Source: an uncultured Chloroflexia bacterium
GTDB lineage: Bacteria; Chloroflexota; Limnocylindria; Limnocylindrales; CSP1-4
Direction of reading: 5' to 3'
DNA: 64,000 bases
NCBI GenBank assembly: GCA_963819655.1
Contig: CAWFXA010000003.1
Location: forward strand, 960,001 to 1,024,000
How positions within the stretch are numbered: the first letter of the stretch is position 1; each line of letters starts with the position of its first letter. Under the pieces are notes generated by a model that worked only from the letters and a program-made list of their open reading frames with translations, made no database searches and was not told where the DNA came from. A program made the translations under genes and the position numbers. Of the stretch, positions 18,675 to 28,643 are shown piece by piece.

Positions 18675-18708
18675 GCGTGCCGCGAGAGAGATCAAAGGAG
18701 CCAGGTCA

Positions 18709-19266
18709 GTGCCGACACCAGCGCGAACGTCCGTCGACGCGATCGTCGCCAGTGGACGCGAGATCCTCGAAGCCGACGGCGTCGACGGGCTAACGATGCA
18801 GCGGATCGCGAGCGCCGTGGGAGTCCGTGCACCCTCGCTGTACAAGCGCCTTCGGAACCGGAACGACCTCCTTCGCCTGGTCGCGAACGATGCAGCCCGG
18901 GAGCTGACGACTCGCCTCGACCAGGCCGCCACGACCGGCGAGCCGCGATCCGATCTCATCGCGCTCGCCCAGGCTTTCCGCGGATTCGCCCAGGCGTATC
19001 CCGCTGCCTACGGCCTGCTGTTCGCACCCCTCCCCGAGGAGGCCCGCGCCGACCCGGACTGGAGTGTCCGTGGCAGTGCGGCGGTCCTGCGCGCTTCAGC
19101 CGGACTGGCCGGCGAGCAGGACGCCCTCGAGGCCGCACGGACCGTCACTGCCTGGGCCAACGGCTTCATCGCGATGGAGCTGGCCGGCGCGTTCCGACTC
19201 GGCGGTGACGTCGATCGGGCATTCGCCTACGGCATCGACCGCCTGACGCGCGCCATCGCGCGCTGA
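18709..19266 (+). CDS. TetR/AcrR family regulator (WHG-type C-terminal domain)
   Basis: GVDGLTMQRIASAVGVRAPSLYK HTH; AWANGFIAME. Confidence 0.9.
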   Translation: MPTPARTSVDAIVASGREILEADGVDGLTMQRIASAVGVRAPSLYKRLRNRNDLLRLVANDAARELTTRLDQAATTGEPRSDLIALAQAFRGFAQAYPAAYGLLFAPLPEEARADPDWSVRGSAAVLRASAGLAGEQDALEAARTVTAWANGFIAMELAGAFRLGGDVDRAFAYGIDRLTRAIAR

Positions 19267-19306
19267 CCGCCTCTGGTAGCCTGCCCATCCTCAGCAGGGG
19301 TGGTCG

Positions 19307-20602
19307 TTGAGCAGATCCGCGCATCGAAGCGCCGCTCCCACTCCGATCGCGGTAGGTCTGCTGGCGCTGCTGGTCGCGGCCTGCGCCGGTCTGCCGGCCG
19401 CAGCCACGCCCGAGTCACAAGTGACGACCGGGCCGCCAACGCCATCGCCGGCTCCCTCCGCGGCCGCCGCCCGGACGCCCAGACCGAGCGCCGCGGCGTC
19501 CCCGACCTCCGCGGCGGAGCTGTTGCCGATCGCCGGCGTCTGGCGCGTCCGAAAGACCCTGTCGGCCGAGGATCAGTCGGGCCTGATCACCGACCCTGCG
19601 TTCGACGAGGAGACCTACTCGGTCGAGGCCGGCTGTCCGGACGAGCCGTGCGACAGCCTCGAGGTCACGACCACCCCGCTCGGTCTCTCGTCGCCGGCGA
19701 CGGTCATCCAGCTGTCGCGAGAGGACGCCACGTACGCATCGACCGCCCAGCCGGCAGTGGCGGCCTCGTGCCTTTCGTCCGACGGCAGCCGCGTCGACGG
19801 CGGTGCGAGTGCCACCTCGACTCTCGAGCTCTGGATCGCGACCGAGCGGCCGGCCGGGACATCGGTCGCCTCGACCGTCCTCCGGGGCAGCCTCAAGGTT
19901 GACGTCACACCCACGCCGATCGGCGAGTCGGCGGGCTGTCAGTCGCTGACTGCATCATTCGACTTGACCGGTCGACGCGAGGAGGTCGCGGTCCGCGACC
20001 CGAATGGCAGCGCCGCCGGGCCCGACGTCAGACCGCCGACCGGCGCGGCCCTCGTCCGACTGCCTTCACTCAGCGTGACGGTCAAGGGAGCGACGATCGA
20101 CTACTTCGGCGTGACCGGCGACACGTCTCGCGAGCTCGCGGCGAGCATCGCGCGTGGCGGGGTGAAGGCGTGTGGCGCGATCGATTACGAATGGTTTCGG
20201 GGCGACGCGCGCCCGGCAGCATGCGTGATGACGCGGGTAAGCGACACACGACAGTCGATCCGCACGCAGACCAACGCATCGGGAGCCTGCCGGATCACGA
20301 GCGCGACGATCACCGCCTCGTACACCATCCACATGCCCCGTTGGACCGAGCCCGCTCGCGTGCCGAAGCGGCTGCTCGATTGGTGGCGCAAGATCGTCGA
20401 CTTCATCGCCGACCATGAAGCCGGTCACGTCCGAGTCGGGGCCGACTACATCAAGAAGTTGAACGCGCGGCTCGTCGGCAAACCGTGCGAGGACATCAAC
20501 GCGATCATCCGATCGTGGGTGACACAGCACGCCGAGGCGCAGGAGGCGTACGACCGGGGCGAGTATTCGCGGGCCTGGCCGACCCCGGCCGCGGGCTACT
20601 GA
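19307..20602 (+). CDS. Lipoprotein with a C-terminal DUF922 zinc-peptidase-like domain
   Basis: Lipobox VAAC; IHMPRW, HEAGH and QEAYD. Confidence 0.7.
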   Translation: MSRSAHRSAAPTPIAVGLLALLVAACAGLPAAATPESQVTTGPPTPSPAPSAAAARTPRPSAAASPTSAAELLPIAGVWRVRKTLSAEDQSGLITDPAFDEETYSVEAGCPDEPCDSLEVTTTPLGLSSPATVIQLSREDATYASTAQPAVAASCLSSDGSRVDGGASATSTLELWIATERPAGTSVASTVLRGSLKVDVTPTPIGESAGCQSLTASFDLTGRREEVAVRDPNGSAAGPDVRPPTGAALVRLPSLSVTVKGATIDYFGVTGDTSRELAASIARGGVKACGAIDYEWFRGDARPAACVMTRVSDTRQSIRTQTNASGACRITSATITASYTIHMPRWTEPARVPKRLLDWWRKIVDFIADHEAGHVRVGADYIKKLNARLVGKPCEDINAIIRSWVTQHAEAQEAYDRGEYSRAWPTPAAGY

Positions 20603-21205
20603 TCAGGACTCGGGAAGTCGCTCACCGGCCTCGATGCGGATCGGCAACCGGTTCTCGGCTGGCGTCAGCGGGCACGAGAACTTCGGGTCGTACACGCACG
20701 ACGGGTGGTACGCGAGGTTGAAGTCGAGCGAGTACGTGCCGTCGTCTTCCGGTTCGAGGTCCAGGTAGCGACCGGCGCCGTACGTCTCGCGCCCGCTGGT
20801 CGTGTCGAGGAACGGGACGAAGAGCGACCGTCCGTCGCCGCCGTCGAAGGTGTACGCGGTCAGCCGGTGTGGATCGCCATCGATGTCGAACCGCAGGGTC
20901 CCGGCGCGATGAGCGGGACGAAGCTTGTTGTCCGACGTCGGGATCTGGAAGTTTGACGGCTCATCGCCTTCGTAGGGCTGGAGGAGGAGGTCATCGAACC
21001 GTAGTGCCGTGTTAACAGGGTAATACGGTAACCCGGTGAAACTCGGGCGCTCCCCTTCCGGGACGGGGCTGTGCGGACTCGACCGGAAGAACTCGTCCTT
21101 GTCCGCCCGAAACCCGTCGATCGCCTCTTCGTAGGACATCGGGCGATGCTCGTGGTGATGGTGCTCGTCCTGCTCGTGATCGTGGTCGTGGTCGTGCTCG
21201 GTCAC
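20603..21205 (-). CDS. DUF1684 family protein with a His-rich N-terminus
   Basis: FLDTTSGRETYGAGRYL and DFNLAYHPSCVYDPKFSCPLTP..N.L. Confidence 0.9.
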   Translation of the reverse strand: MTEHDHDHDHEQDEHHHHEHRPMSYEEAIDGFRADKDEFFRSSPHSPVPEGERPSFTGLPYYPVNTALRFDDLLLQPYEGDEPSNFQIPTSDNKLRPAHRAGTLRFDIDGDPHRLTAYTFDGGDGRSLFVPFLDTTSGRETYGAGRYLDLEPEDDGTYSLDFNLAYHPSCVYDPKFSCPLTPAENRLPIRIEAGERLPES

Positions 21206-21262
21206 CGATGCCTCCGGGCTGGTCGAACCATCGTGCGCCTCCGGTCAAGTCGCATCCGATCC

Positions 21263-23317
21263 TCAGCGGAGTCGGCTGACAAGCTCGAGCACCTCGTCGC
21301 CGTAGGCCTCGATCTTGGCCGGGCCGACGCCCTTCACGCGCCTCAGGGCCGCGGCCGACGGAGGCTTCATCTCGGCGATCGCGGCAAGGGTCTGGTCGTG
21401 GAACACGACGTAGGCGGGGACGCCGTCCTCGCGTGCGCGGCTGGTCCGCCACTCGCGGAGTGCTGCGTACAGCGGGTTGTCGTCGGCAACGCCATAGCCC
21501 GACGCCGCGGACGCGGTAGACGCGGCGCGGCGCGCTCCCTGGTCCGCGGCGAAACGGTCGGGGTGCTGCGTGATCCGGCCCTCCCCGTGCAGCGGCCGCG
21601 GACGCAGGTCGGCGAGGAACCGGCTCGGCTCGCGGCGGGTCGTGCGCCCGCGGGTCTCGCGCTCGGCAGCCCATGAGATCGCCAGGTAGCGACGCGCCCG
21701 GGTGATGCCGACGTAGAGGAGCCGCAGCTCCTCGGCGAGCAACTCATCGTCATCGAAGGCCTGCCGGACCGGCAGGATCCCCTCCTCCAGGGCGGGGAGC
21801 ACGACCGCGTCCCATTCGAGCCCCTTGGCGCGGTGATATGTCAGCAGGTTCACGCCGTCGGCCGAGCCCGCGCGCTCCGCCGCGCGTCGCCGGTCGAGGT
21901 CCGCCAGAAAACCGGCCACCCCCACTCGCGCATCCGAGCGCGACAGCGTGGCCAGGATGTCCAAGAGCGTGTCCAGCGCCGCTGTCCGTTCCCGCGCCTC
22001 CTCGCCAGCATGACCCGCGACCGAGTCGTCGTCGTAGCCGAGCCGGTCGGCCCACAGCGCGCGGACCGCGGCGGTCAGCGCGGTCCCCGTTGCCTCGAGG
22101 TCGGCCCCTCGAACGAGGTCGATGGCCCCACGCACATCGGCCCGGTCGAAGAACCGGATCCCGCGGACCTGGTACGCGATGCCGGCCCGCGTCAGCACCG
22201 CCTCGATCGGTGCGAGCTGGGCGTTCATCCGGACGAGGACGGCGATCTCGGACGGAGCGGTCCCCTCCCGCAGGCGCTCGCGCACCCAGGCGGTCAGTGC
22301 GGTGAGTTCCCCGGACTCCGTTCCGTGGCGTGCGATGGTCGGCACGGGGCCGCTCGGTTGCGTGGCGACGAGTCTCTTCGGCCGCCCGGTCGAGGCGAGC
22401 AGCCGATTGGCGAGCTCCAGCACCTCGGGCGACGACCGGTAATTCTCGGCGAGGGTCACGACATGTGCGCCTGGGTGCCGTTCGGCGAACCCGGTCAGGA
22501 ACGTGCTCGTCGCACCGGTGAACGTGTAGATGGTCTGGTCCTCGTCGCCGACGACGCAGACATCGCGACGCTCGCCGACCCACAGCTCGAGCAGTCGCTC
22601 CTGGAGCGGGTTCGTGTCCTGGTATTCGTCGACGCTGAACCAGCTCTTGCGCGCGCGGATCGTGGCAGCGGCATCGTCGTCGCTCTCGAGCAGATCGATG
22701 GTGTCCAGAAGGAGGTCGTCGAAGTCGATCCGGCCGGCGCGGCTTTTCGCGCGCTCGTAGCCGCCGAACAGCCGCGTGAACAGGTCGACCGGGACGGGCG
22801 GTTCGCGGGACGGCGTCGTCGGGCTGCCGGCGACGGCACGCTCATATGTCGACGGCGTCAGTCGCCGGCTCTTGGCCCATTCGATCTCGTCGGCGAGGTC
22901 CTTGGCAGGGGTGAATCGGTAGTGGCCGGGCAACGCACGTGCGAGCGGCACCAGCAGCGGCAGCTTGGAATCGAGCAGAGAAGGCAGCGGCGACCCGTCG
23001 TGGAGAAGCGGCCAGAAGTGGCGGAGTTGGCTCAGCGCGTGGGCATGGAACGTCCGAGCCGTCACGCCCGGCAGGCCGAGCCCGCGCAGGCGCTCGACCA
23101 TCTCGCTGGCGGCCTTGTCGGTGAACGTCACCACCAGCACCTGGTCCGGATCGACGACCCCGGTGGCGATCGCGTACGCGGTACGCCGGCTGATGACCCG
23201 CGTCTTGCCGGTGCCAGCGGCTGCGAGGATGGCGACCGGGCCCTCCGTCGCGCGGACGGCCTCGCGCTGGGCGTCGTTCAGGTCGTCGAGGAGGCGCTCG
23301 GGTTCGAGACGGGGCAC
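21263..23317 (-). CDS. uvrD2: ATP-dependent DNA helicase UvrD2 (with HRDC domain)
   Basis: AGTGKT, VTFTDKAA, DEYQD, NYRS, HRAKGLEWD, LYVGITRAR and C-terminal HRDC; GTG 23317 follows CATAAT. Confidence 0.85.
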   Translation of the reverse strand: MPRLEPERLLDDLNDAQREAVRATEGPVAILAAAGTGKTRVISRRTAYAIATGVVDPDQVLVVTFTDKAASEMVERLRGLGLPGVTARTFHAHALSQLRHFWPLLHDGSPLPSLLDSKLPLLVPLARALPGHYRFTPAKDLADEIEWAKSRRLTPSTYERAVAGSPTTPSREPPVPVDLFTRLFGGYERAKSRAGRIDFDDLLLDTIDLLESDDDAAATIRARKSWFSVDEYQDTNPLQERLLELWVGERRDVCVVGDEDQTIYTFTGATSTFLTGFAERHPGAHVVTLAENYRSSPEVLELANRLLASTGRPKRLVATQPSGPVPTIARHGTESGELTALTAWVRERLREGTAPSEIAVLVRMNAQLAPIEAVLTRAGIAYQVRGIRFFDRADVRGAIDLVRGADLEATGTALTAAVRALWADRLGYDDDSVAGHAGEEARERTAALDTLLDILATLSRSDARVGVAGFLADLDRRRAAERAGSADGVNLLTYHRAKGLEWDAVVLPALEEGILPVRQAFDDDELLAEELRLLYVGITRARRYLAISWAAERETRGRTTRREPSRFLADLRPRPLHGEGRITQHPDRFAADQGARRAASTASAASGYGVADDNPLYAALREWRTSRAREDGVPAYVVFHDQTLAAIAEMKPPSAAALRRVKGVGPAKIEAYGDEVLELVSRLR

Positions 23318-23466
23318 CCCCGGATTATGGCGGTCGCCGCTCATCCGAGACTCTCCGCCCGACGGTCGTCCCCGCGAAACGAAAAAGGGAACGAATCCCG
23401 TCGGTCCGTGCGCCATTCCCTCAGACCGTCGCCCGTGTCCCGGTCGCGAGATCAAGGAGGTAGGGC

Positions 23467-24090
23467 ATGCGCCCATCGCTCACACATGTCGCCAGGTCGG
23501 TGGCCCTGGTCATCGGGCTCGGCCTGGTCCTCGCTGCGCCGGTCGCGGCGCGCGAACCCGTGGATCCGAACACGCTCAACCCGGCGCCGCCCGCGTCCTT
23601 CAACGCGACCTGCGAGCGGACCGGCAACATGGTCCTGTGCAACCTCGCGTTCAGCGATCCGCCGCTGGTCCTGGAGCCGAGCGGGGTCGTCTGTAGCGGC
23701 ACCGAGCTCCTCGTGTCGCAGACCCGGGATGTTGTCGGCAAGCGCTTCTACGATGCGGACGGCAACCTCATCCGCCGGCACTTCCGAGAGGCCCTCGACG
23801 GGACCATCACCAACCCGTCGAGTGGGATCACCCTCGACTGGGTCGCCCACAACACGATCATCCACGACCTCGCGGTCCCTGGAGACATCGTGTCCGGGCG
23901 CACGTCGATCACGGGACAGCAGATGCGCATCTACGGCACCAACGGCACGGTCCTGGTCGATGTGGGGCACCTGGTCGTCGATGAGGCGACCGGTGAGCTG
24001 CTCAAGTCCAACGGCAAGCATGCCTTTGATGACTACTTCATCAACGGGAATACCGCGGCGCTCGCGCCGCTGTGTGACGCCATCTCCTGA
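23467..24090 (+). CDS. Secreted hypothetical protein
   Basis: Signal peptide, strong AAGGAGG RBS, four Cys residues. Confidence 0.7.
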   Translation: MRPSLTHVARSVALVIGLGLVLAAPVAAREPVDPNTLNPAPPASFNATCERTGNMVLCNLAFSDPPLVLEPSGVVCSGTELLVSQTRDVVGKRFYDADGNLIRRHFREALDGTITNPSSGITLDWVAHNTIIHDLAVPGDIVSGRTSITGQQMRIYGTNGTVLVDVGHLVVDEATGELLKSNGKHAFDDYFINGNTAALAPLCDAIS

Positions 24091-24207
24091 GGGGACGCTG
24101 CGGCGATGCCGCAGCAGGAGCGGCCGTCGCGTGGACCACGATCGGACCATCCGACGGCCGCCTTTTCGTGCGCGACACCTTATTTGGGCGACCCCGATAC
24201 TGGTCGC

Positions 24208-24780
24208 ATGCGCCGACTGATCTACTACATCACGATCTCCACCGACGGCATGTACGCAGACCCCGACGGCGGTTTGTCCCATTTCGAGCCGGCCGAGGAT
24301 GAACACCGCTACGCCAACCGCCTCATCCGTGACGCGGGTGACATCGTCAATGGCCGCGTCATGTACGACGTGATGGAGTACTGGGACGACCTCGACCTCG
24401 ATGACCCCAACACCTCCGACATCGAGCGCGAGTTCGCGACCTTCTGGCGGGAGACCCCGAAACACGTCGTGTCGCGCGGTCGACCGGTGCTCCGCGCGAA
24501 CGCGACGCACATCGAGGGTGACGTCGTCGAGGCCGTCCGCCGCATGAAGACCGAGGATGGGCCGTACCTCGCGCTCGGCTGCGGCGCCGATCTCCTCGCT
24601 CAGCTGAGCGAGGCGGGGCTCATCGACGAGTACCGGTTCCTCGTTGCGCCGGTGGCGCTGGGTCGCGGCAAGGCCCTCTTCGCGAAGCTCGCCGCGCCGC
24701 TCGATCTCCGGCTCACCAGCGCGACGACGACCTCAGCCGGCGGCGTCCTGCTCGAATACGTCCCGGCCGCCGACCGCTGA
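24208..24780 (+). CDS. Dihydrofolate reductase/RibD C-terminal family protein
   Basis: STDGMYADPDG, GRVMY, PKHVVSR and LIDEYRFLVAPVALGRGK. Confidence 0.85.
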   Translation: MRRLIYYITISTDGMYADPDGGLSHFEPAEDEHRYANRLIRDAGDIVNGRVMYDVMEYWDDLDLDDPNTSDIEREFATFWRETPKHVVSRGRPVLRANATHIEGDVVEAVRRMKTEDGPYLALGCGADLLAQLSEAGLIDEYRFLVAPVALGRGKALFAKLAAPLDLRLTSATTTSAGGVLLEYVPAADR

Positions 24781-24784
24781 GCGC

Positions 24785-25594
24785 ATGCACGGCTCCGCGA
24801 CCGCCGCGAACAAGCTCGACCGGACCGGCTACGAGGTCGCGTTCGAGGACGACTTCGACCGGCCGACTCTCGACGAGACACGCTGGCTCCCCCACTACCT
24901 GCCGCACTGGAGCACGCCCGACCGGACCGCCACTCGCTACGAGATCCACGACGGCGTCCTGCGCCTGCTGATCGAGGCCGACCACGCACCGTGGTGCCCG
25001 GAACTCGATGGCGACCTGCGCGTGTCGTCGCTCCAGACCGGCGTGTTCGCCGGACCGGTGAGCTCGAAGATCGGCCAGCTCCAGTTCCATCCAGACGTCG
25101 TCGTCCGCACGCCGCAGGTGAACCGCGCGCTTCTCGCAGTCCATCACGGGCTCATCGAGACGCGGATGCGCGCCCTCGACGACCCGCGGGCGATGGTCTC
25201 GCTATGGATGATCGGCCTCGAGGACGAACCGGAGCATTCATCGGAGATCAACGTGGCCGAGATCTTCGGACGCACCGTCGAGTCCCGCAGGGCGAGAATC
25301 GGCATGGGCGTCCACCCGTTCGGCGACCCGGCGATCATCGACGATTTCGTCGCCGAGGAGCTCGCGATCGACGTGCGCGACTGGCACACGTATTCCGCCG
25401 ACTGGACGCCCGATCGCGTCGCCTGGTACGTGGACGAACGGCTGATCCGCGTGGTCGACCAGTCGGCCACCTACCCGATGCAGCTCATGCTCGGTATCTA
25501 CGAATTCCCGGTCGACGACGACCCGCGCGACCCAGCCGACTACCCGAAGGCATTCGAGGTCGACTGGGTGCGCGTGTCGCGCCTGCGGCTGTGA
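24785..25594 (+). CDS. Glycoside hydrolase family 16-like protein
   Basis: FEDDFD, EINVAE (ExDxxE-like with Asn), WHTYSADW and FEVDWVRV. Confidence 0.75.
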   Translation: MHGSATAANKLDRTGYEVAFEDDFDRPTLDETRWLPHYLPHWSTPDRTATRYEIHDGVLRLLIEADHAPWCPELDGDLRVSSLQTGVFAGPVSSKIGQLQFHPDVVVRTPQVNRALLAVHHGLIETRMRALDDPRAMVSLWMIGLEDEPEHSSEINVAEIFGRTVESRRARIGMGVHPFGDPAIIDDFVAEELAIDVRDWHTYSADWTPDRVAWYVDERLIRVVDQSATYPMQLMLGIYEFPVDDDPRDPADYPKAFEVDWVRVSRLRL

Positions 25595-25598
25595 CGCG

Positions 25599-26207
25599 TC
25601 AGAAGTTCGGCGGCGTGATGGCTGAGACGATCTCCGCTTCCTCTTCGCCGACCGCCCGTGTCTTGTGCGGCAGGCCCGAGTCGTAATAGATGGAGTCGCC
25701 CTCGTTGAGCTCGTAGTCGACGTCACCGACGGTGATGACCACCTGGCCGCGCAGGACGAGAGCGCATTCCTCGCCCTCGTGCGCCATCGCCGTCGCGTCG
25801 ACTCCGGGCTTGACGTGGACCAGGATCATCTCGATCTTGCGCCGCACATCGGGCGAGACCAGCTCGTAGGACAACGACCCGCCCGGCGGCTTGATGACCT
25901 TGCGCGCGTCCTTCCGCACGACCGCGCCATTGGATTCGGGTGCCGTGAACAGCAGGAAGACCGGCACTTCCAGGGCGGACGCGATCGAGCGGAGCACGAG
26001 GATCGACGGGTACGCGACGCCACGCTCGACGCTACTGAGGAAGCTGCGCGTGATGCCGACCAGCGCGGCGAGCCCGGTCAAGGTCAAGCCGCGCTCGGTC
26101 CGCAAGGCTCGGATCCGTCGGCCGAGCTGGTCGTCGCGTTCGATGGCTGACGTGCGAGCGGAGGAGCCCCTCTTCGGGCTCCTGGCCCGCGACCCGGGCG
26201 TGGACAT
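25599..26207 (-). CDS. XRE-family HTH plus cupin transcriptional regulator
   Basis: LGRRIRALRTERGLTL..LSSVERG; HEGEE...GDSIYYDSGLPH. Confidence 0.9.
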   Translation of the reverse strand: MSTPGSRARSPKRGSSARTSAIERDDQLGRRIRALRTERGLTLTGLAALVGITRSFLSSVERGVAYPSILVLRSIASALEVPVFLLFTAPESNGAVVRKDARKVIKPPGGSLSYELVSPDVRRKIEMILVHVKPGVDATAMAHEGEECALVLRGQVVITVGDVDYELNEGDSIYYDSGLPHKTRAVGEEEAEIVSAITPPNF

Positions 26208-26221
26208 GGAGCGGGTGGCCC

Positions 26222-27253
26222 TCAGCGAACGGCGACGCCGCCGCGCATCGGCTCCGCGCCGTATTTACGCGTCAAGTATGGCAGAACCTCATCGCGGCAA
26301 ACCTTCGCCACGATGGACGGATCGGGGCTCATGTCGGCCCAGATGATGTGGTCGCAACCGGCCTCGATGAAGGCCTCGAACCGGGCGATGATCTCCTCGC
26401 CGGACGTTGCGATGCAGAAGGCCGCCGAAAGGGCCTCGTCGCGCACCAGCAGGGCCCGCTGTTCGATGACCCGTGGATCCTGGATGTACGAATACGCCTC
26501 CGGGATGAGCAGCCCACCGTAGACGCGCGCTCCATCGAGCGCTTTCTCGCGATCGGGATGGTACGACGTGCTGACCCACGCAGTCCGAAAGCCGTTCGGC
26601 GCGGCGCGCTCGGCCTCTGCGGCGCCGGCTTCGAACGCCGGAGCCAGGACATCACGGTGGACCTCGGCGGGCACACCGACCGCGACGTATCCGTCGGCCA
26701 GGCGCCCGGCGTTGCCTGCCATCTTCGGACCACCGGCCGCGCAGATGATCGGGATCCGGTGCTCCAACTTCTGATAGAGGCGGAAGAAGGAGTCGAAGTA
26801 CGTGCCCTGATGCCGGAAGTAGTCGGGCTCCTCCCAGCAGCGGCGGATGAGGCCGATCGCCTCGACAAGGCGCTCGATCCGTTCACGCAGAGGCGGCCAC
26901 ACGCCCGTGGTGGTCTTCTCGTTCATCGCCTCCCCGGTGCCCACGCCCAGGGCCACACGGCCTGGGTAGAGCAACTCGAGGGTCGCGATCTCGATCGCGA
27001 CGTCGACCGGCTGATGGCGGATCCCGATCGGCGGGATCACCATCGGGCCGACGACGGCCCGTTCGGTGTTGGCGAGGAACGCCGTGAGGGTCGCCCAGAT
27101 CCCCGCGCTGTGGCCCGACGAGTGCTGCCACGGCAGCGTGTGATCGCCTTCCCAGATGTGCGTGAAGCCGGCCTCCTCCAGGTCGCCGACCCGGCGCACG
27201 TTGTCCCGGACGTCATGACAGAGGCACTCGGGTGAGATGCCGAAGGTGACCAT
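26222..27253 (-). CDS. F420-dependent dehydrogenase, FGD/sugar-alcohol-dehydrogenase-like (LLM fold)
   Basis: DHTLPWQHSSGHS and LYPGRVALGVGTGEAMNE resemble F420-dependent glucose-6-phosphate dehydrogenase motifs. Confidence 0.75.
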   Translation of the reverse strand: MVTFGISPECLCHDVRDNVRRVGDLEEAGFTHIWEGDHTLPWQHSSGHSAGIWATLTAFLANTERAVVGPMVIPPIGIRHQPVDVAIEIATLELLYPGRVALGVGTGEAMNEKTTTGVWPPLRERIERLVEAIGLIRRCWEEPDYFRHQGTYFDSFFRLYQKLEHRIPIICAAGGPKMAGNAGRLADGYVAVGVPAEVHRDVLAPAFEAGAAEAERAAPNGFRTAWVSTSYHPDREKALDGARVYGGLLIPEAYSYIQDPRVIEQRALLVRDEALSAAFCIATSGEEIIARFEAFIEAGCDHIIWADMSPDPSIVAKVCRDEVLPYLTRKYGAEPMRGGVAVR

Positions 27254-27672
27254 CAGGCGTTCCCCACTGGAAGGCCGAGCTGCCCGAACAACGAGGCCGA
27301 GTCGTAGTACACGGTCTCGCGGGTGAAGAGCTCGGCGTTGTGCTCGTAGACGGATACGGCCTTGATCCGGAACGACCGACCGGTCGGGGCGTGGCCCACG
27401 AATTCACCCGTGTGCGTGCCGATCAGGTCGTACTCGGCCACGACCGTGTCGCCCCCGCAGGCGACGCAGTTCGTGACCTCGATATGGAGGTCCGGAAAAC
27501 CGCGATAGAAGATGGCCATGAAATCGCGCATCTCGTCCTTGTTCCGGCACGGCTCGGGCACCGTGACGTCCTCGAAATAGACGTCGTCGGTGTAGTACGC
27601 GAGCACGGCCTCGAGGTCGCCGCGGCTCAGGTCGGCGATCTCGTCAAGGACAGCTTGGCGAGGGTCCATCAT
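27253..27672 (-). CDS. SnoaL-like/ester cyclase family protein
   Basis: GFPDLHIE, GTHTGEFVGHAPTGRSF and YYD..LFGQLGL. Confidence 0.85.
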   Translation of the reverse strand: MMDPRQAVLDEIADLSRGDLEAVLAYYTDDVYFEDVTVPEPCRNKDEMRDFMAIFYRGFPDLHIEVTNCVACGGDTVVAEYDLIGTHTGEFVGHAPTGRSFRIKAVSVYEHNAELFTRETVYYDSASLFGQLGLPVGNA

Positions 27673-28588
27673 AGGAGGGCGCCTCCTTGACTCCGAGCAG
27701 CCGCAGGGCAGCACCGCCGAAGAAGCTCTGCTCGTCCTCCTCGGTGATGTACGGATCGAGGTCGTGTCGCTCGGTGTAGTCGCGGACCTTCTCGAAGAAC
27801 GCCTTGCCGGTGTCGAACGGGACATACGGATAGTCCGAGCCCCACAGGAACCGGCCGAACACGCCGAGCTTCTTGGCCCACGTCCAGATCTGGGCGACCC
27901 GCCACAGCGGCGCCGACTCGGCCCAGAACGCAAAGTCGCCGTAGATGTGCTCGAACTTCGCCATGAAGTGCATCGTCTCCTCGGCCCACGCGAAACCGAC
28001 GTGGCCGATGACGAGCTTCAGCTGCGGGAAGTCGATCATCACGTCTTCGAGCAGCAGCGGATGGTCGTAGGCGAGCATCTTGCCCTTCGGGAACATGCTC
28101 CAGCCCGTGTGGGTGATGAGCGGCACGCCCATCGCCTCGGCGGCTTCGAACAACGGCCAGATGCGACGGTCGTTGAGAGCCACGTAGTTGTAGGACGGGA
28201 GCATCTTCAGGCCCTTGAGGCCCTGCTCGTTGATGGCCCGCTCGAATCGCTTCACTTCGGCGTTGCCGCCGAGCGGGTTCGCGGTGTAGAAGCCGAACAG
28301 GCGATCCGGCCAGCGCTGCACCATCGACTGGACATAGGCCCCGTTCTCGGGGTCGTATGCGCCCCACGGCAGGTAGCCGACGCCGAGCACGAACGCCTTG
28401 TCGATCCCCGCCGCGTCCATGTCGGCGATCAGCCGCTCGCCGGGAACGCAGAAGTCCTCCGGTGTCCAGGGCTTGCCCGTGTGCCAGCAATCCTGGCCTT
28501 TGAACATGTTCACGTAGAACTCGCCGAGCTCGCGCGGGAAGTCGACCTCGAAGCGCTGCATGTGCGTGTGCGAGTTGATGAGCGTCAT
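27644..28588 (-). CDS. Amidohydrolase family protein (Amidohydro_2)
   Basis: NSHTH, GLKGLK, HTG, GHVG and WGSDYP. Confidence 0.85.
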   Translation of the reverse strand: MTLINSHTHMQRFEVDFPRELGEFYVNMFKGQDCWHTGKPWTPEDFCVPGERLIADMDAAGIDKAFVLGVGYLPWGAYDPENGAYVQSMVQRWPDRLFGFYTANPLGGNAEVKRFERAINEQGLKGLKMLPSYNYVALNDRRIWPLFEAAEAMGVPLITHTGWSMFPKGKMLAYDHPLLLEDVMIDFPQLKLVIGHVGFAWAEETMHFMAKFEHIYGDFAFWAESAPLWRVAQIWTWAKKLGVFGRFLWGSDYPYVPFDTGKAFFEKVRDYTERHDLDPYITEEDEQSFFGGAALRLLGVKEAPSYDGPSPSCP

Positions 28589-28643
28589 GTGGTTCCTCGT
28601 GCGGTGTCGCGGTGAAGGCGTCGGACCTGGGTCGGGTCAGGGA

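Noticed and set aside
21263-23317. Anti-phage defence helicase
   Set aside because: It has an ordinary UvrD2-HRDC architecture with housekeeping neighbours and no nuclease partner
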